From an uncultured Flavobacteriales bacterium (GTDB lineage: Bacteria; Bacteroidota; Bacteroidia; Flavobacteriales_D; CALLUQ01), in contig CALLUQ010000093.1 in NCBI GenBank assembly GCA_938010565.1, positions 1-58,966 of the forward strand: a stretch of 58,966 nt of DNA. The letters run 5' to 3'. Made by a program: the position numbers and the translations under genes. Numbering within the stretch: the stretch's first letter is position 1; every line of letters begins with the position of its first letter. Below the pieces are notes generated by a model. That model was not told the origin of the DNA. It was given only the letters and a program-made list of their open reading frames with translations, and ran no database searches. This document shows positions 32,501 through 41,016 of this stretch, one piece after another.

Positions 32501-33228
32501 TTGCTTACGACCTGCGCCGTACCGGTAACGTATGGTTCCGGGCCGCTTATACCCTTCAATTTGCAGAAGGGACCGGCTCAAGTGCTACCAGCCAGTTCAA
32601 CCTGGTCAATTCGGGGCAACCCAATTTGCGAACCATTTCCCCTTTCAGCTACGATCAGCGGCACCAGATCGTCGGTACTTTTGATTACCGCTACGGCGGC
32701 GGAGACGATTACAACGGCCCCGTCTGGTTCAACAAACGCATTTTCGAAAACACCGGAGCCAACTTTCAGGCCAATCTTGCCTCAGGTACGCCTTATAGTG
32801 CGCAGAAACGCATTACTGCCGATGGAACAACCATCCGTGATAATGGAACTGTAGATGGGTCATCAAACGGGCAGCTCGATGGTCAGATCAACGGTTCGCG
32901 TAACCCGTGGCAATTCCGTGTCAATACACAGATCGACCGCGACATTGTGTTGAAGTTTGGCAAAGACGAAGACAACAAAAAAACCGCTAACCTCAATGTA
33001 TATCTTCTGGTAAACAACCTTTTTAATACGTTAAACATCATCAACGTATACAGGGCCACCGGTAACCCCGATGATGATGGTTATCTTGCCGCTGCCGAAT
33101 TCCAAAATTTAATTCAACAACAGAACGACGAACAGGCCTACCGCGAATTATATGCGCTTAAAGTCAACAATCCGTTTAACTACTCCGTGCCACGGACCAT
33201 CCGTTTGGGGGTAAGGTTTGACTTCTAA
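29533..33228 (+). CDS. CarboxypepD_reg-like domain-containing TonB-dependent-receptor-like outer-membrane barrel (1231 aa)
   Basis: Signal peptide, GTLRGKVLDAGSGEALPFVNL (CarboxypepD_reg), plug (IRGARSDANYYYIDGIKV, GGIISITTRG) and a long barrel ending ..RLGVRFDF. Confidence 0.9.
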   Translation: MLRKLQLLTVFTLLSVLSVHAQGGMGTLRGKVLDAGSGEALPFVNLILELNGIQKYGGSTDFDGGFDIKPITPGKYDLKVSFLGYGPVLIKGVVIRAGKITFQDVEMKETAEKLEEVEVVDYVVPLIDKDGGASGGTVTRDDIAKMPGRSAASIATTVGGVASDANGNITSIRGARSDANYYYIDGIKVRGSSSLPKSAIEEVTVVTGGLPANFGDATGGIISITTRGPSSEYAGGIEVLSSGFKSGDNIYGLDKFGYNLVEGSISGPLMFRKDSAGKKTNSLLGFFLSGNFTSRQEPRPLAQGNYIVKDEVLADLLLNPTRPAPTGNGIEYNTDFITMDNLQKKAYRPNMADNSFTLAGKIDVNTGPSVNLAFGGSMDYQRGRLYDYSGSVFNYNNYGLYTDYDWRVYGKLTQRFSNNTEGEENNSLISNAYYTVMIDYSKGYRKREDADHRDNLFGYGYIGKYITHREKSYDFVEQENGVFNMIQSGTYGERDTLVTFIPSDVNAEMAALTSQYFNTFTDPEGNYENFTQIGAGRGLLNGDLPIQVYGLWDNFGTNYNRYQLTDFNQFRITASGAADIGDHAISVGFEYEQRTDRSFRIDPVELWTLMRQESNFHLQELDPSSATTYNIGTTFVTEYDRLVGKDDIFRFSYNLREKLGLDPLGTDLVDVDALDPSMFTLDLFSPDELLDQNSLNVNYYGYDHTGKKQTSSPGLDDFFTEVDENGDFTRPIAPFRPIYIAGFIMDKFTFDDIIFNVGVRIDRYDANQQVLKDQYLLYEARQVSEVTQMEGIDVIHPENMGDDYVVYVNDINDPTAINGYRNGDTWFNADGAEVTDPSVIRAATGIAPYLLDAEQEGPSSSAFKDYEPQVIVMPRVAFSFPISDEALFFAHYDILSKRPTFGDRLNPIDYLYLEEGTNGIISNPNLRPEKTIDYELGFQQVLSKSSSLKISAFYRELRDMVQIINVNEAYPRSYSTYGNVDFGTIKGMTVAYDLRRTGNVWFRAAYTLQFAEGTGSSATSQFNLVNSGQPNLRTISPFSYDQRHQIVGTFDYRYGGGDDYNGPVWFNKRIFENTGANFQANLASGTPYSAQKRITADGTTIRDNGTVDGSSNGQLDGQINGSRNPWQFRVNTQIDRDIVLKFGKDEDNKKTANLNVYLLVNNLFNTLNIINVYRATGNPDDDGYLAAAEFQNLIQQQNDEQAYRELYALKVNNPFNYSVPRTIRLGVRFDF

Positions 33229-33261
33229 GCCACATTTGCAGAATTACAACAGCATTTACTT

Positions 33262-36200
33262 ATGAAGAAAAGAGGAAATAACATTTGGGTGTTCACTGCA
33301 TCTTTCCTGATGTTGACCGGTAGCGCATCCGGATATCACAACCAGTACCTCAGGTCTGGAAAAACAAACACGGATCCACCCGCTGTCACCAACGCTAAAG
33401 CAGCAAATTGTGCACCTGCTACCAGCCAGATAAATTTGGAATTGAACAACGTTCGGGCCTTGGTCGAAACCGGTGGTTCGATGTTCCAGAACCGTGCTGC
33501 GGGATCCGCAGCTTACTTTGTGCCGAAACCCCGAACCGAGGACGACCCTAAAACCACGGCCATTTTTGCGGGCGCACTTTGGATGGGCGGGCTTGATATC
33601 AATGGCCAGCTAAAATTGGCTGCTGTTCGTTTCCGGCAAAATGGAAACGACTTCTGGGCCGGCCCGTTATCCGTAATTGCGGGTACAGCCGATCCGAACA
33701 ACAGCAACAGCCGGGATTTTGGCCCTGCGGAAATTGAGCCGGATGTTTGTATGCAATACGATAAGTTTTTCGAGATCAATCGCCCGGAAGTGGACCTTTT
33801 CAATAGCTGGTGGGCAGCAGGCATTGCCGATGCTACCAATGGAACAACAACACAGGCTGAGGATTTTCCGAACTATACCGTGCCTTCCTCCATACTGGAA
33901 TGGCCGGCCCATGGCGACGTTTCCAAGGGGCAGGATTTTTACCTGGCTCCATTTTACGATCGGAACCAGGATGGTTTGTACGATCCTTTAGGGGCCGGAG
34001 ATTATCCGTGGTATGATCTGGAAAGCGAAGTGGATTGTCGTTCTGCAACCGACCGTCGGGTAACCCTGTTTGGCGACCAGACTTTCTGGTGGATATTCAA
34101 CGACAAAGGAAACATCCACACCGAAACAGGATCCGACCCCATTGGGATGGAGATACGGGCACAGGCTTTTGCTTTTGCCACCAACGATGAGATCAACAGC
34201 ATGACCTTCTACAACTATGAAATGATCAACCGGGGTACACAAACCCTTTTTGATACGTATTTTGGCCAGTGGATCGATGCGGATGTAGGGGGAGCTTTTG
34301 ATGATTACGTGGGATGTGATGTGGCCCGTGGGCTCGGATATGCATACAATGGAGATGCCAACGATGAGGGTCCGACCGGTTACGGGATCAACCCTCCTTG
34401 TATTGCGGTTGATTTCTTTGAAGGACCTTACCAGGATGACGATGGGATCGACAATGCATTTGGAATTGCTGAAGGCGAAGCGTTGAATGGGGTGGGATAT
34501 GGCGATGGAGTAGCCGATAACGAACGTTTCGGAATGCGCCGCTTTTTGTATCATAACAACACAGGGGGGAACCCTAACCAAACCGACCCGGAAAGCGGTA
34601 TTGATTATTACAACTACCTCCGTGGGATATGGAAAGACGGACAAAAATTCGTTTACGGGGGTTCCGCTCACCCTTCCGATCCCGCGGCCGATAACAACCA
34701 GAATTGTGATTTTATGTTCCCGGGAGATTCCGATCAGGAATACTACTGGGGAACCCAGGGAAATGCCGTACCCGTTTGGACGGAGCAGAGCGCGGGTAAT
34801 ACCCCTTTTGATCGTCGGTTTATGCAATCTGCCGGACCGTTTACCCTGCGACCCGGTGCGGTAAACAACATAACGGTTGGCATTGTTTATGCTCGTGCTA
34901 ATTCGAGCGATCCTTTTGCCTCTGTCGAAAAAGCACGTGTGGCAGATGATAAAGCCCAGGCTTTGTTTGACAACTGCTTTAAAGTATTGAATGGACCCGA
35001 TGCGCCGGATATTACGATCCAGGAGTTGGAAAATGAGTTGGTGCTTACGTTGAGCAACTCTTCCACTTCTAACAACGTTAACGAATCGTATGTAGAGCTG
35101 GATCCGTTCATTCCGGAAAATATCGTAACCAGCACGGTGAGCTTTTTATTGGATACGGCTACCGGTCAGTACGTTCCCGATACTACCATAACCGTAGTGG
35201 AATTGGATCGTTATTACCGCTTCGAAGGGTACCAGATCTTCCAGTTGAAAAGTGCTACGGTAGGGCCGGATGAATTGGGAGAAACGGATAAGGCCCGGCT
35301 GATTGCACAGTGTGACCTTAAGAACGGCGTTGAGGAGTTGATCAATTACGAATTTGACGAAGACCTTCAGGCTTCTGTTCCCAAAAAGAAAGCAGAAGGC
35401 CTGGACGAGGGTATGGACAACGGCATTGTACGCTCCTTCCGGATCACGCAGGATGAGTTTGCACAAGGAGAACGTACGCTGGTGAACCACAAGTCTTACT
35501 ACTACATGGCCATTGCTTATGGTTATAACAACTACAAAACATTCAACCCCAATGAAGCCGATGCATTGGACGGACAAAAGTTTCCATACATTGCTTCCCG
35601 TAAATCACCTTCTGGAGCCATTCGATCTTACGTGGGCATTCCGCACAACCCCACCCCGGAAGCGGGTGGTACGGTAGCCCGTTCGACTTATGGCGATGGG
35701 CCTGAAATTACCCGTGTGGAAGGACAAGGAAACGGAAGTCTGGAACTCGATTTTACCACTTCCACCGAAGCAACGATCGTTACCAACTACCGCATGGCCA
35801 CCCCCACTTACCAGGCCGGTAAAGGCCCGATCAACGTAAAAGTGATCGATCCGCTGAACGTGCCCGATGCCCGCTTCCGGCTGCATTTTTTGGAAGATGA
35901 TCAAGGCAAACTGGATTCTTCGCTTTGGGTGTTAACGGTGCTGGATGCCATACCCGCTGCCAATATACCTGCCGGTGAAACCTATACGGCCGATAAAACC
36001 ATTGCGATCTGCAATGAACAATTGTTCCCTGAATTTGGTTTTTCGATCGGAATTGAACAGTATGCCTACACCCAGGAAGGTTCGGAGTTTTTTACCGAAC
36101 TGATCGAAGGTGCATCCAACATCGTGTTTACCGATAGCACCCGACGGTGGTTAACCGGTGTTCCGGATCTGGATGGTTTCTCCGAGCAAAACTGGATCCG

Positions 36201-37380
36201 TAGCGGAACAGCTGAGGAAGATGCTCCGCCGAACGACATCTACAATGACTATCTCGGGCTTGATGACGAAGAACTTTATGAAAACATACTCGGAGGCTGG
36301 TGGGCTCCCTGGCGCTTGATAGCCGATGAGCCTGGCGGACCCTTAGGCCCGGACTTTGCGAATACCATTGCAATGGCCGATATTGCCAACCTGCAATCGA
36401 TAGACATTGTGATTACCAACGACCAGAGCCTCTGGACCCGTTGTGCCGTGATCGAGTTGCAAGAAGATCCCATTCTGGCAGAAGGCGGAGCGGTTAAAAG
36501 CGACCTTCGTGCCGCACCTAGTGTAGGCAAAGACGGGCAACCGGATGGCACCGGCAACGGCATGGGGTGGTTCCCCGGATATGCCATTAACCTGGAAACC
36601 GGCGAACGCCTGAACATGGCCTTTGGCGAAGACAGCTGGCTGGCTGGCGATAACGGCCGCGATATGAAATGGAATCCAAGCGATCGCATGTACACCAATT
36701 TATTCAGCCCTCGGTTTGGCGGCAAACATTACATCTATGTGTTCAATAACGAAGTGGCCGCTACCGGAGACAACACCCGTATGCCCGCCTACGACGAAGG
36801 CCTTTACCTGGAAACCCAGATGAACGGCAGCACCGGCGATAAGATCAGGGTTTACCGTTCCGTTTGTTGGGTGGGTTTACCTTTGTTGGAAGATGGAGCA
36901 ACGTTCATGAGTACGGATGTAAGAATCCGTTTGCGGGTAAAAAAGCCCTACGAAACGTTTGATACGGGCGCAGGAACAGTACTCAACAACTGGCGTCCGA
37001 TGTACGAATGGGACATGGGCAACCTGGCTACTTCTAAGGCCAATGCAACTGCCGCCGACAATGCGCTTGAACTCATCAACATTGTACCGAACCCTTATTA
37101 TGGTTCGTCAACCTACGAAACCAGTCGGTTGGATAACCGGGTAAAATTGGTGAACCTTCCCGAAACATGTAAGATCCGTATCTACAATGTGAAAGGAACA
37201 CTGGTGCGTACTTTCGACAAAGACAACGTGCAAACCTACCTCGATTGGGACCTGAAAAACCATGTTGGAATACCCATTTCCGGTGGGATTTACATCATTC
37301 ATGTTGACGTGCCGGATGTAGGAGAAAAAATAATCAGATGGTTCGGAGCTACACGACCAACCGACTTGGAGAACTTCTGA
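33262..37380 (+). CDS. 1372-aa secreted protein with a T9SS-like C-terminal beta-sandwich domain; function unknown
   Basis: Signal peptide without a lipobox and Asp-rich Ca-binding-like loops (DDDGIDNAFG, GDGVADNERFG). The C-terminus reads IVPNPYYGSS...KIRIYNVKGTLVRTF...GGIYIIHVDV. It starts 33 nt after the upstream gene. Confidence 0.85.
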   Translation: MKKRGNNIWVFTASFLMLTGSASGYHNQYLRSGKTNTDPPAVTNAKAANCAPATSQINLELNNVRALVETGGSMFQNRAAGSAAYFVPKPRTEDDPKTTAIFAGALWMGGLDINGQLKLAAVRFRQNGNDFWAGPLSVIAGTADPNNSNSRDFGPAEIEPDVCMQYDKFFEINRPEVDLFNSWWAAGIADATNGTTTQAEDFPNYTVPSSILEWPAHGDVSKGQDFYLAPFYDRNQDGLYDPLGAGDYPWYDLESEVDCRSATDRRVTLFGDQTFWWIFNDKGNIHTETGSDPIGMEIRAQAFAFATNDEINSMTFYNYEMINRGTQTLFDTYFGQWIDADVGGAFDDYVGCDVARGLGYAYNGDANDEGPTGYGINPPCIAVDFFEGPYQDDDGIDNAFGIAEGEALNGVGYGDGVADNERFGMRRFLYHNNTGGNPNQTDPESGIDYYNYLRGIWKDGQKFVYGGSAHPSDPAADNNQNCDFMFPGDSDQEYYWGTQGNAVPVWTEQSAGNTPFDRRFMQSAGPFTLRPGAVNNITVGIVYARANSSDPFASVEKARVADDKAQALFDNCFKVLNGPDAPDITIQELENELVLTLSNSSTSNNVNESYVELDPFIPENIVTSTVSFLLDTATGQYVPDTTITVVELDRYYRFEGYQIFQLKSATVGPDELGETDKARLIAQCDLKNGVEELINYEFDEDLQASVPKKKAEGLDEGMDNGIVRSFRITQDEFAQGERTLVNHKSYYYMAIAYGYNNYKTFNPNEADALDGQKFPYIASRKSPSGAIRSYVGIPHNPTPEAGGTVARSTYGDGPEITRVEGQGNGSLELDFTTSTEATIVTNYRMATPTYQAGKGPINVKVIDPLNVPDARFRLHFLEDDQGKLDSSLWVLTVLDAIPAANIPAGETYTADKTIAICNEQLFPEFGFSIGIEQYAYTQEGSEFFTELIEGASNIVFTDSTRRWLTGVPDLDGFSEQNWIRSGTAEEDAPPNDIYNDYLGLDDEELYENILGGWWAPWRLIADEPGGPLGPDFANTIAMADIANLQSIDIVITNDQSLWTRCAVIELQEDPILAEGGAVKSDLRAAPSVGKDGQPDGTGNGMGWFPGYAINLETGERLNMAFGEDSWLAGDNGRDMKWNPSDRMYTNLFSPRFGGKHYIYVFNNEVAATGDNTRMPAYDEGLYLETQMNGSTGDKIRVYRSVCWVGLPLLEDGATFMSTDVRIRLRVKKPYETFDTGAGTVLNNWRPMYEWDMGNLATSKANATAADNALELINIVPNPYYGSSTYETSRLDNRVKLVNLPETCKIRIYNVKGTLVRTFDKDNVQTYLDWDLKNHVGIPISGGIYIIHVDVPDVGEKIIRWFGATRPTDLENF

Positions 37381-37413
37381 TTTGAAGGCTTAAAAAAGAC
37401 CAAATTGCAGAAA

Positions 37414-38502
37414 ATGAAGAAACGTACAATAAATCATCTGGCGGGATGGATGGCAACGGGAATGTTGCTTTCGGTACCTGCAACATCTTTTGCCGGAAAC
37501 GAGGATCGTGCCGGATCTGCCGGAGCAACAGAGTTGTTAATTAACCCATACGCTGCCAGTGCAGGTTGGGGAGATGCCGCTACTGCTGCTGCTAATGGAG
37601 TAGATGCCATGTACCTGAACATTGCCGGAACGGCTTTTACCAAAGGCACGGAGGTCATGTTTACCCGTACAGACTGGCTGGTGGGTTCGGGTACTACCAT
37701 CAATGCCGTCGGATTGACCCAACGGGTAGGAGAATCCGGTGTACTTGGCCTGAGCCTGATGAGCATGGCCTTTGGCGATATTGAGATCACCACTACGGAG
37801 CTTCCGGAAGGAGGGATCGGTACATTTCGCCCTTCCTATTCCAATTTATCGCTTTCTTATGCGAAAGAGTTTTCGAACAGCATTTACGGTGGTTTGGCGG
37901 TGAAAGTCATTTCACAGCGCATTGCCGATGTAGGAGCAACAGGCGTTGCATTTGATGCAGGCATCCGTTACGTAACAGGAGAGTTTGATCAGGTTAAGTT
38001 TGGCATTGCTCTGCGTAATGTAGGGCCTCCGATGTCTTTCTCCGGAGATGGCTTTTCCATTTCAGCTGTTCCGCAAGGCGAGGAAGATGAAGTAACCCTC
38101 GAACAACGTTCGGCAAGTTACGAACTGCCTTCACAGGTGAACATCGGAGTAAGCTATCGCTTTGATTTTAACGAAATGAACCAATTAACCCTGGCCGGAA
38201 ATTTTATTTCCAACTCTTTCACCAAAGACCAGTTTAATGGAGGTGCCGAGTATCGATTTGATGCTTCCAAAGCGTCTGTCATGCTTCGTGCAGGTTACAC
38301 CTGGGAAGAATCGGTGGGCGATGCCCTGACCCGCAGTACGGCACTCACCGGACCTGCTGCCGGTTTTTCTGTTGAATTGCCCGCCGGTGAAACCGGAACC
38401 CTGATCATCCTCGACTATGGTTACCGGGCTACCAACCCCTTTGGAGGTGTACATCACATCGGTGCACGCATTGCCCTTGGGGGAGGTGCCAAAGAGAAGT
38501 AA
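37414..38502 (+). CDS. PorV/PorQ-family (FadL-like) outer-membrane beta-barrel
   Basis: Signal peptide followed by ELLINPYAASAGWGDAATAAANGVDAMYLNIAG, which resembles the PorV N-terminal motif. It has an alternating beta-strand pattern and an aromatic C-terminal region. The ATG at 37414 is preferred over the TTG at 37405. Confidence 0.7.
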   Translation: MKKRTINHLAGWMATGMLLSVPATSFAGNEDRAGSAGATELLINPYAASAGWGDAATAAANGVDAMYLNIAGTAFTKGTEVMFTRTDWLVGSGTTINAVGLTQRVGESGVLGLSLMSMAFGDIEITTTELPEGGIGTFRPSYSNLSLSYAKEFSNSIYGGLAVKVISQRIADVGATGVAFDAGIRYVTGEFDQVKFGIALRNVGPPMSFSGDGFSISAVPQGEEDEVTLEQRSASYELPSQVNIGVSYRFDFNEMNQLTLAGNFISNSFTKDQFNGGAEYRFDASKASVMLRAGYTWEESVGDALTRSTALTGPAAGFSVELPAGETGTLIILDYGYRATNPFGGVHHIGARIALGGGAKEK

Positions 38503-38536
38503 TTGGTACTTGAAAAGAATATTTATTACCTTAGTG

Positions 38537-38570
38537 AGAATCCCACGATTGTGGGATTCTTTCTTTTTTT
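38537..38570 (+). terminator. rho-independent terminator closing the three-gene outer-membrane operon
   Basis: agaatcccac-gatt-gtgggattct followed by ttcttttttt. Confidence 0.75.
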
Positions 38571-38594
38571 GAATCCCTTCAACATCTATTGAGT

Positions 38595-39071
38595 ATGTCG
38601 CAACAAGTCGTATATCTAACGGAGGAAGGATTGGCTAATTTGAAGGCTGAGATCAAGCAAATGGAGTATGTAGACCGTCCTCGGATCTCTCAGCAAATTG
38701 CCGAGGCGCGTGATAAAGGTGACCTTTCCGAAAATGCCGAATATGATGCTGCCAAAGAAGCTCAGGGCCTTTTGGAAGGCAAGATCGCCAAAATGAAAAG
38801 CATTCTCGCCAACGCTCGTTTAGTGGATGAAACCAACATGGACACTTCACGGGTTTTAATCCTCGCTACTGTTAAAATTAAACACCTGAAAATGGGCAAG
38901 GAATTTTCCTATACCCTTGTCGCTGAAAATGAAGCGAACCTGAAATTGGGTAAGATCTCCGTAGAATCGCCCATTGGTAAAGGCCTTTTGGGCAAGAAGG
39001 TGGGAGATATTACACAAGTGGAAACACCAAATGGAATTACGGAATTTGAAATTCTCGAAATTACCCGATAA
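38595..39071 (+). CDS. greA: transcription elongation factor GreA
   Basis: ARDKGDLSENAEYDAAKE motif. The ATG at 38595 is preferred over the TTG at 38589. Confidence 0.93.
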   Translation: MSQQVVYLTEEGLANLKAEIKQMEYVDRPRISQQIAEARDKGDLSENAEYDAAKEAQGLLEGKIAKMKSILANARLVDETNMDTSRVLILATVKIKHLKMGKEFSYTLVAENEANLKLGKISVESPIGKGLLGKKVGDITQVETPNGITEFEILEITR

Positions 39072-39080
39072 AATTTGCCT

Positions 39081-39470
39081 ATGCCTTCTGTTTTTACCCG
39101 TATTATCCGTGGCGAGATTCCCTGTTATCAGGTAGCGGAGAACGAACATTACATGGCCTTTTTAGACATTAACCCTTTGCAAAAGGGACATACGCTGGTG
39201 GTTCCCAAACAAGAGACGGATTACATTTTCGATCTGGAAGATAAGGTACTGAGCGGATTGTTTGTATTTGCCAAAGAAGTAGCCGGAAAAATCGAAAAGG
39301 TGTTTCCGTGCGATCGGATCGGGATCACCGTGATCGGTTTGGAAGTGCCACATGCCCATGTACATCTGATTCCCATTCATGAAGAAAAGGATATGAATTT
39401 TTCCGGCCCGAAAATGGTGCTTTCTGCCGAAGAAATGCTCGAAATTGCACAACGGCTTAGCGAAGCCTAA
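39081..39470 (+). CDS. HIT family (histidine triad) protein
   Basis: IIRGEIP N-terminus and the HAHVHLIP triad. The ATG at 39081 is preferred over the TTG at 39075. Confidence 0.9.
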   Translation: MPSVFTRIIRGEIPCYQVAENEHYMAFLDINPLQKGHTLVVPKQETDYIFDLEDKVLSGLFVFAKEVAGKIEKVFPCDRIGITVIGLEVPHAHVHLIPIHEEKDMNFSGPKMVLSAEEMLEIAQRLSEA

Positions 39471-40021
39471 AGTTTTCTTTTCGGATGATCCGATAAAAAG
39501 GCTTTCCAACCCGTATAGCTTTTTGCGCTGCCAGATGCTTTCGAATGCTGAAAGTAGTGGCAAACTGCTGTTGCGAGGCCGTCTGTTGCATCCGGGTTTT
39601 TAGGCATGGCTTTAACAGAAAACAACGATTGAAGCATTCCGGCCACCTGCTCTTTGGAAGCATTGCCATTGCCGGTGATGCTCTTCTTGATTTTTTTCGG
39701 AGCGTATTCCACATAAGGGATCTGACGGGATAATACCGCTGCAATTGCCACACCCTGTGCACGGCCCAGCTTCAACATGGATTGCACGTTTTTACCATGA
39801 AACTGGGCTTCAATGGCCAATTCATCCGGATGATATTCCTCGATCAGACCAATGGTACGCTCGTAAATTTTTTGCAGTTTGAGTGCATGACCCGTGTACT
39901 TGCTCAAGGCAATGGAACCCATGCTGACCAGGCTCATTTCTTTTGCTGTAATTTGAATGACACCGTATCCCATAATGGTGGTTCCGGGATCTATACCAAG
40001 AATTATTCTGTCTTCTGTCAA
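39467..40021 (-). CDS. ruvC: crossover junction endodeoxyribonuclease RuvC
   Basis: ILGIDPGTTIMGYGVI N-terminus, 184 aa. TTG start. Confidence 0.92.
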   Translation of the reverse strand: MTEDRIILGIDPGTTIMGYGVIQITAKEMSLVSMGSIALSKYTGHALKLQKIYERTIGLIEEYHPDELAIEAQFHGKNVQSMLKLGRAQGVAIAAVLSRQIPYVEYAPKKIKKSITGNGNASKEQVAGMLQSLFSVKAMPKNPDATDGLATAVCHYFQHSKASGSAKSYTGWKAFLSDHPKRKL

Positions 40022-40047
40022 AAGCGTAGCTTTGTGTAATTGGGTTT

Positions 40048-41016
40048 ATGGTTAAGTTTTGTTCACACCGATTTCTGCTCCCGGGCCTGAAGGCATTCAT
40101 TTTTCTGATGGCCCTGGGTTACATCTGGTACCAGCTTTTCCACGATAAAGATACGAATTTCCAATGGGTTGTTTTTCGGATGGAATGGCAGGTAAGGCCT
40201 CTTATGCCCATGCTTCTGATCGTTTTGCTTATGCCTTTAAATTGGGGAGCAGAAGCTTTTAAATGGCGTTACATGGTGAAACCCATCGAAAAAGTGAATC
40301 AGGGTAAAGCGATACGGGCCATCCTGGCAGGCACCACCATTACTTTGATCACGCCCAACCGTACAGGAGGGTTTATGGGCCGGGTCCTGTTTCTTCGACC
40401 GGAAAACCGTGCGAAGGCCTCCTGGGTAAGCATTTTGGGCAATATCAGCCAGTTGTTGGTTACTTTGTTTGCCGGTAGCTTGGCACTTTTGTTACTGCCA
40501 GGATCCGTTTTTCCCGGGAAAACAATGTTGGTGCTGTTGGCTGTTCCTGCAAGTTTACTGGCCATGTTTTGCTACTGGAGAGCCGATTGGTGGGCTGCAA
40601 AAGTGGGGGGGTGGAAACGCTTTAAAAAATTATCCGGGGCTGCAAATGTGCTTACAACATTGTCTTTTAGATCATTGAACATTACCTTGCTCTGGAGTAC
40701 GGTTCGCTACTTTATTTTTGCCCTACAGTTCTGGCTCATGCTGAATTGGTGCGGAGTAAAAGCGCATCCCTTCACATTGTGGGGTCTTCTTGCGCTTGCT
40801 TATCTTTTGGTGGCATTAATTCCCTCCGTTTTGTTGGGAAGCCTTGGGATCCGGGAGTCTGTCGTTCTTTTTCTTTTTAAAGATATGGGCGCTTCCGCTG
40901 AAATTTTAATGGCAGGGAGCCTCCTGCTTTGGATGATCAATCTGGTTATTCCTGCTTTGGCCGGAGGAGCAATGCTTATGCTGCTCCGCATACCACTGAA
41001 AGAACCCCTCGTTTGA
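40048..41016 (+). CDS. flippase-like / lysylphosphatidylglycerol-synthase-TM-region family membrane protein
   Basis: 322-aa polytopic membrane protein. The family call rests on overall pattern and on pairing with a GT2 gene. Confidence 0.65.
   Translation: MVKFCSHRFLLPGLKAFIFLMALGYIWYQLFHDKDTNFQWVVFRMEWQVRPLMPMLLIVLLMPLNWGAEAFKWRYMVKPIEKVNQGKAIRAILAGTTITLITPNRTGGFMGRVLFLRPENRAKASWVSILGNISQLLVTLFAGSLALLLLPGSVFPGKTMLVLLAVPASLLAMFCYWRADWWAAKVGGWKRFKKLSGAANVLTTLSFRSLNITLLWSTVRYFIFALQFWLMLNWCGVKAHPFTLWGLLALAYLLVALIPSVLLGSLGIRESVVLFLFKDMGASAEILMAGSLLLWMINLVIPALAGGAMLMLLRIPLKEPLV

Noticed and set aside
40929-41012. N-terminal 28-codon extension of the glycosyltransferase ORF
   Set aside because: It begins at a TTG and overlaps the upstream membrane-protein gene by 88 nt. 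Its residues (MDDQSGYSCFGRRSNAYAAPHTTERTPR) are unlike GT2 N-termini. The TTG at 41013 overlapping the upstream stop is more plausible.
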